Position numbers and translations under genes: made by a program. A DNA stretch of 63,599 nucleotides, the filler included, from Sphacelaria rigidula (taxonomy: Eukaryota): NCBI GenBank assembly GCA_964200075.2. It is 8 parts of 8 records of this genome, joined end to end, with 100 filler letters (N's around TTAATTAATTAA, not from the genome) between each part and the next. Parts side by side here need not be neighbours in the genome. Positions count along the whole stretch, not along the records: positions 55,739 to 63,599 come from CAXNAA020013190.1; 7 more parts are not named here. One strand, given 5' to 3'. Shown in pieces: positions 62,478-63,599 of this stretch. Positions within the stretch are counted from its first letter, which is position 1, and every line of letters begins with the position of its first letter. The notes beneath the pieces are model-generated. The model did no database searches and was not told where the DNA came from. It saw nothing but the letters and a program-made list of their open reading frames with translations.

Positions 62478-63599
62478 GACGAACCACTACTGCCCCTCAA
62501 AATTAAGGGACTGTCAGCCGAGCAACACACGGCAAGATTAAGCTCGGGAGCTCCAAGTTTCAAGTCTAATCGGATCGGAAACGCGCAGTTTTTTCACGTC
62601 CCTCGTACGATAACGGGTCGAAGAGGTAGGGGAGCGTGTCCGTATAGCTATACCAGACACAGCTACAGGGAAGCACCGGAGCGTGTAGTCTACTGTGCTT
62701 CGAGTCTCGATCTTACCGAAATAAGAAAATAATAACTGACAAAAAAAAAGAGGGAGAAACAAAGCTTGTCCGCCAGCAACAACCAGCTCGGGCCCCGACC
62801 AGGATATACAACACGGACTTTCTTGAGAGAGCGGTGTTTCTTTTGGCGCTGACCGCAGTCGGAAATGGGTCTGGAAATCCAAAAGGGCGCGACTGACACA
62901 AATTCTATCTACACAATCGGTGTGTCTTTCGGCTATGGCCGCCGTCGGAAACAGGTCTGGAAATGTCAATGGGCGGGACGGGAATACGCGCCACCGACAC
63001 AACCCAGCCCGAATAAAAACGCACACCCACAGTAGTACAAGTGCATCATGCCTCGCGCTAGCCCTTGTTTGTCTATACACCGCGCTGTTTTCTCCACCGC
63101 AACCCGAGCGGTATGGAAAAAAGGGCCGGTCCTGTGTATTTGCCACAAAATTTTCTCACGACGGGGTCGTTTATCGTTCCTGGGTGTATTATACGACACC
63201 CGTCTGTCAGAAATCATCATGAATGGTTTAATATAATTTTGAAGCGGTTCGCCCAGAGTCAAAATCATCGTACGCAGTTTATCAATAAACGCGGCTCGAA
63301 CTACCCGTTGCTCGACGTCGCCGCATTTTCTCGTAGAGGGAGGGGAGTATCGCGGCGACCAACTGACATGTGAAAAATGCCGCGATAGCCCCCCCTCCCC
63401 CGACACAAGTAGCTGCTTTGAGGGGGTAAAATCTACATTAAAAAAAAAAGAAACGAGCATACCGAGCAGCTGGAATATGTCACGCTTGGGATCGTTTTCG
63501 CCGAGAGTGTCCATCTGAGGCGCTTCATGCAGTCTGAAATCGGCTATCTTGTGCTGTAAGATCATTTCTTCATTACAATTTTGGAGCTGGTTTGGGGGG

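Overview
Repeat-rich eukaryotic DNA with GT-AG introns, most likely from a brown alga (Phaeophyceae). The taxon is an inference from an EsV-1-7-repeat gene and Ectocarpus-style 72-nt LRR exons. The window is eight ~7.86-kb segments joined by evenly spaced N-runs carrying a TTAATTAATTAA linker, so linkage across gaps cannot be assumed. The main signal is at 49.0-53.8 kb on the minus strand and is largely missed by the ORF track. It is a tandem array of 16 intact 72-nt phase-1/1 exons plus one decayed copy, each encoding one 24-aa leucine-rich repeat and separated by near-identical ~200-bp introns. Substitutions cluster at the x positions of the xxLxLxxNxL strand. This matches the exon-shuffling candidate immune-receptor system described for Ectocarpus LRR-ROCO genes. 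Also present are a 5-exon EsV-1-7-repeat gene, exons of an ankyrin-repeat gene and a low-complexity exon. Mobile DNA includes two degenerate Copia elements sharing one LTR, a LINE 3' fragment, tRNA-derived SINEs and many MITEs (hAT-like, Tc1/mariner-like, 4-bp-TSD and CCC-ended types). A perfect 85-bp inverted repeat lies near 62.3 kb.
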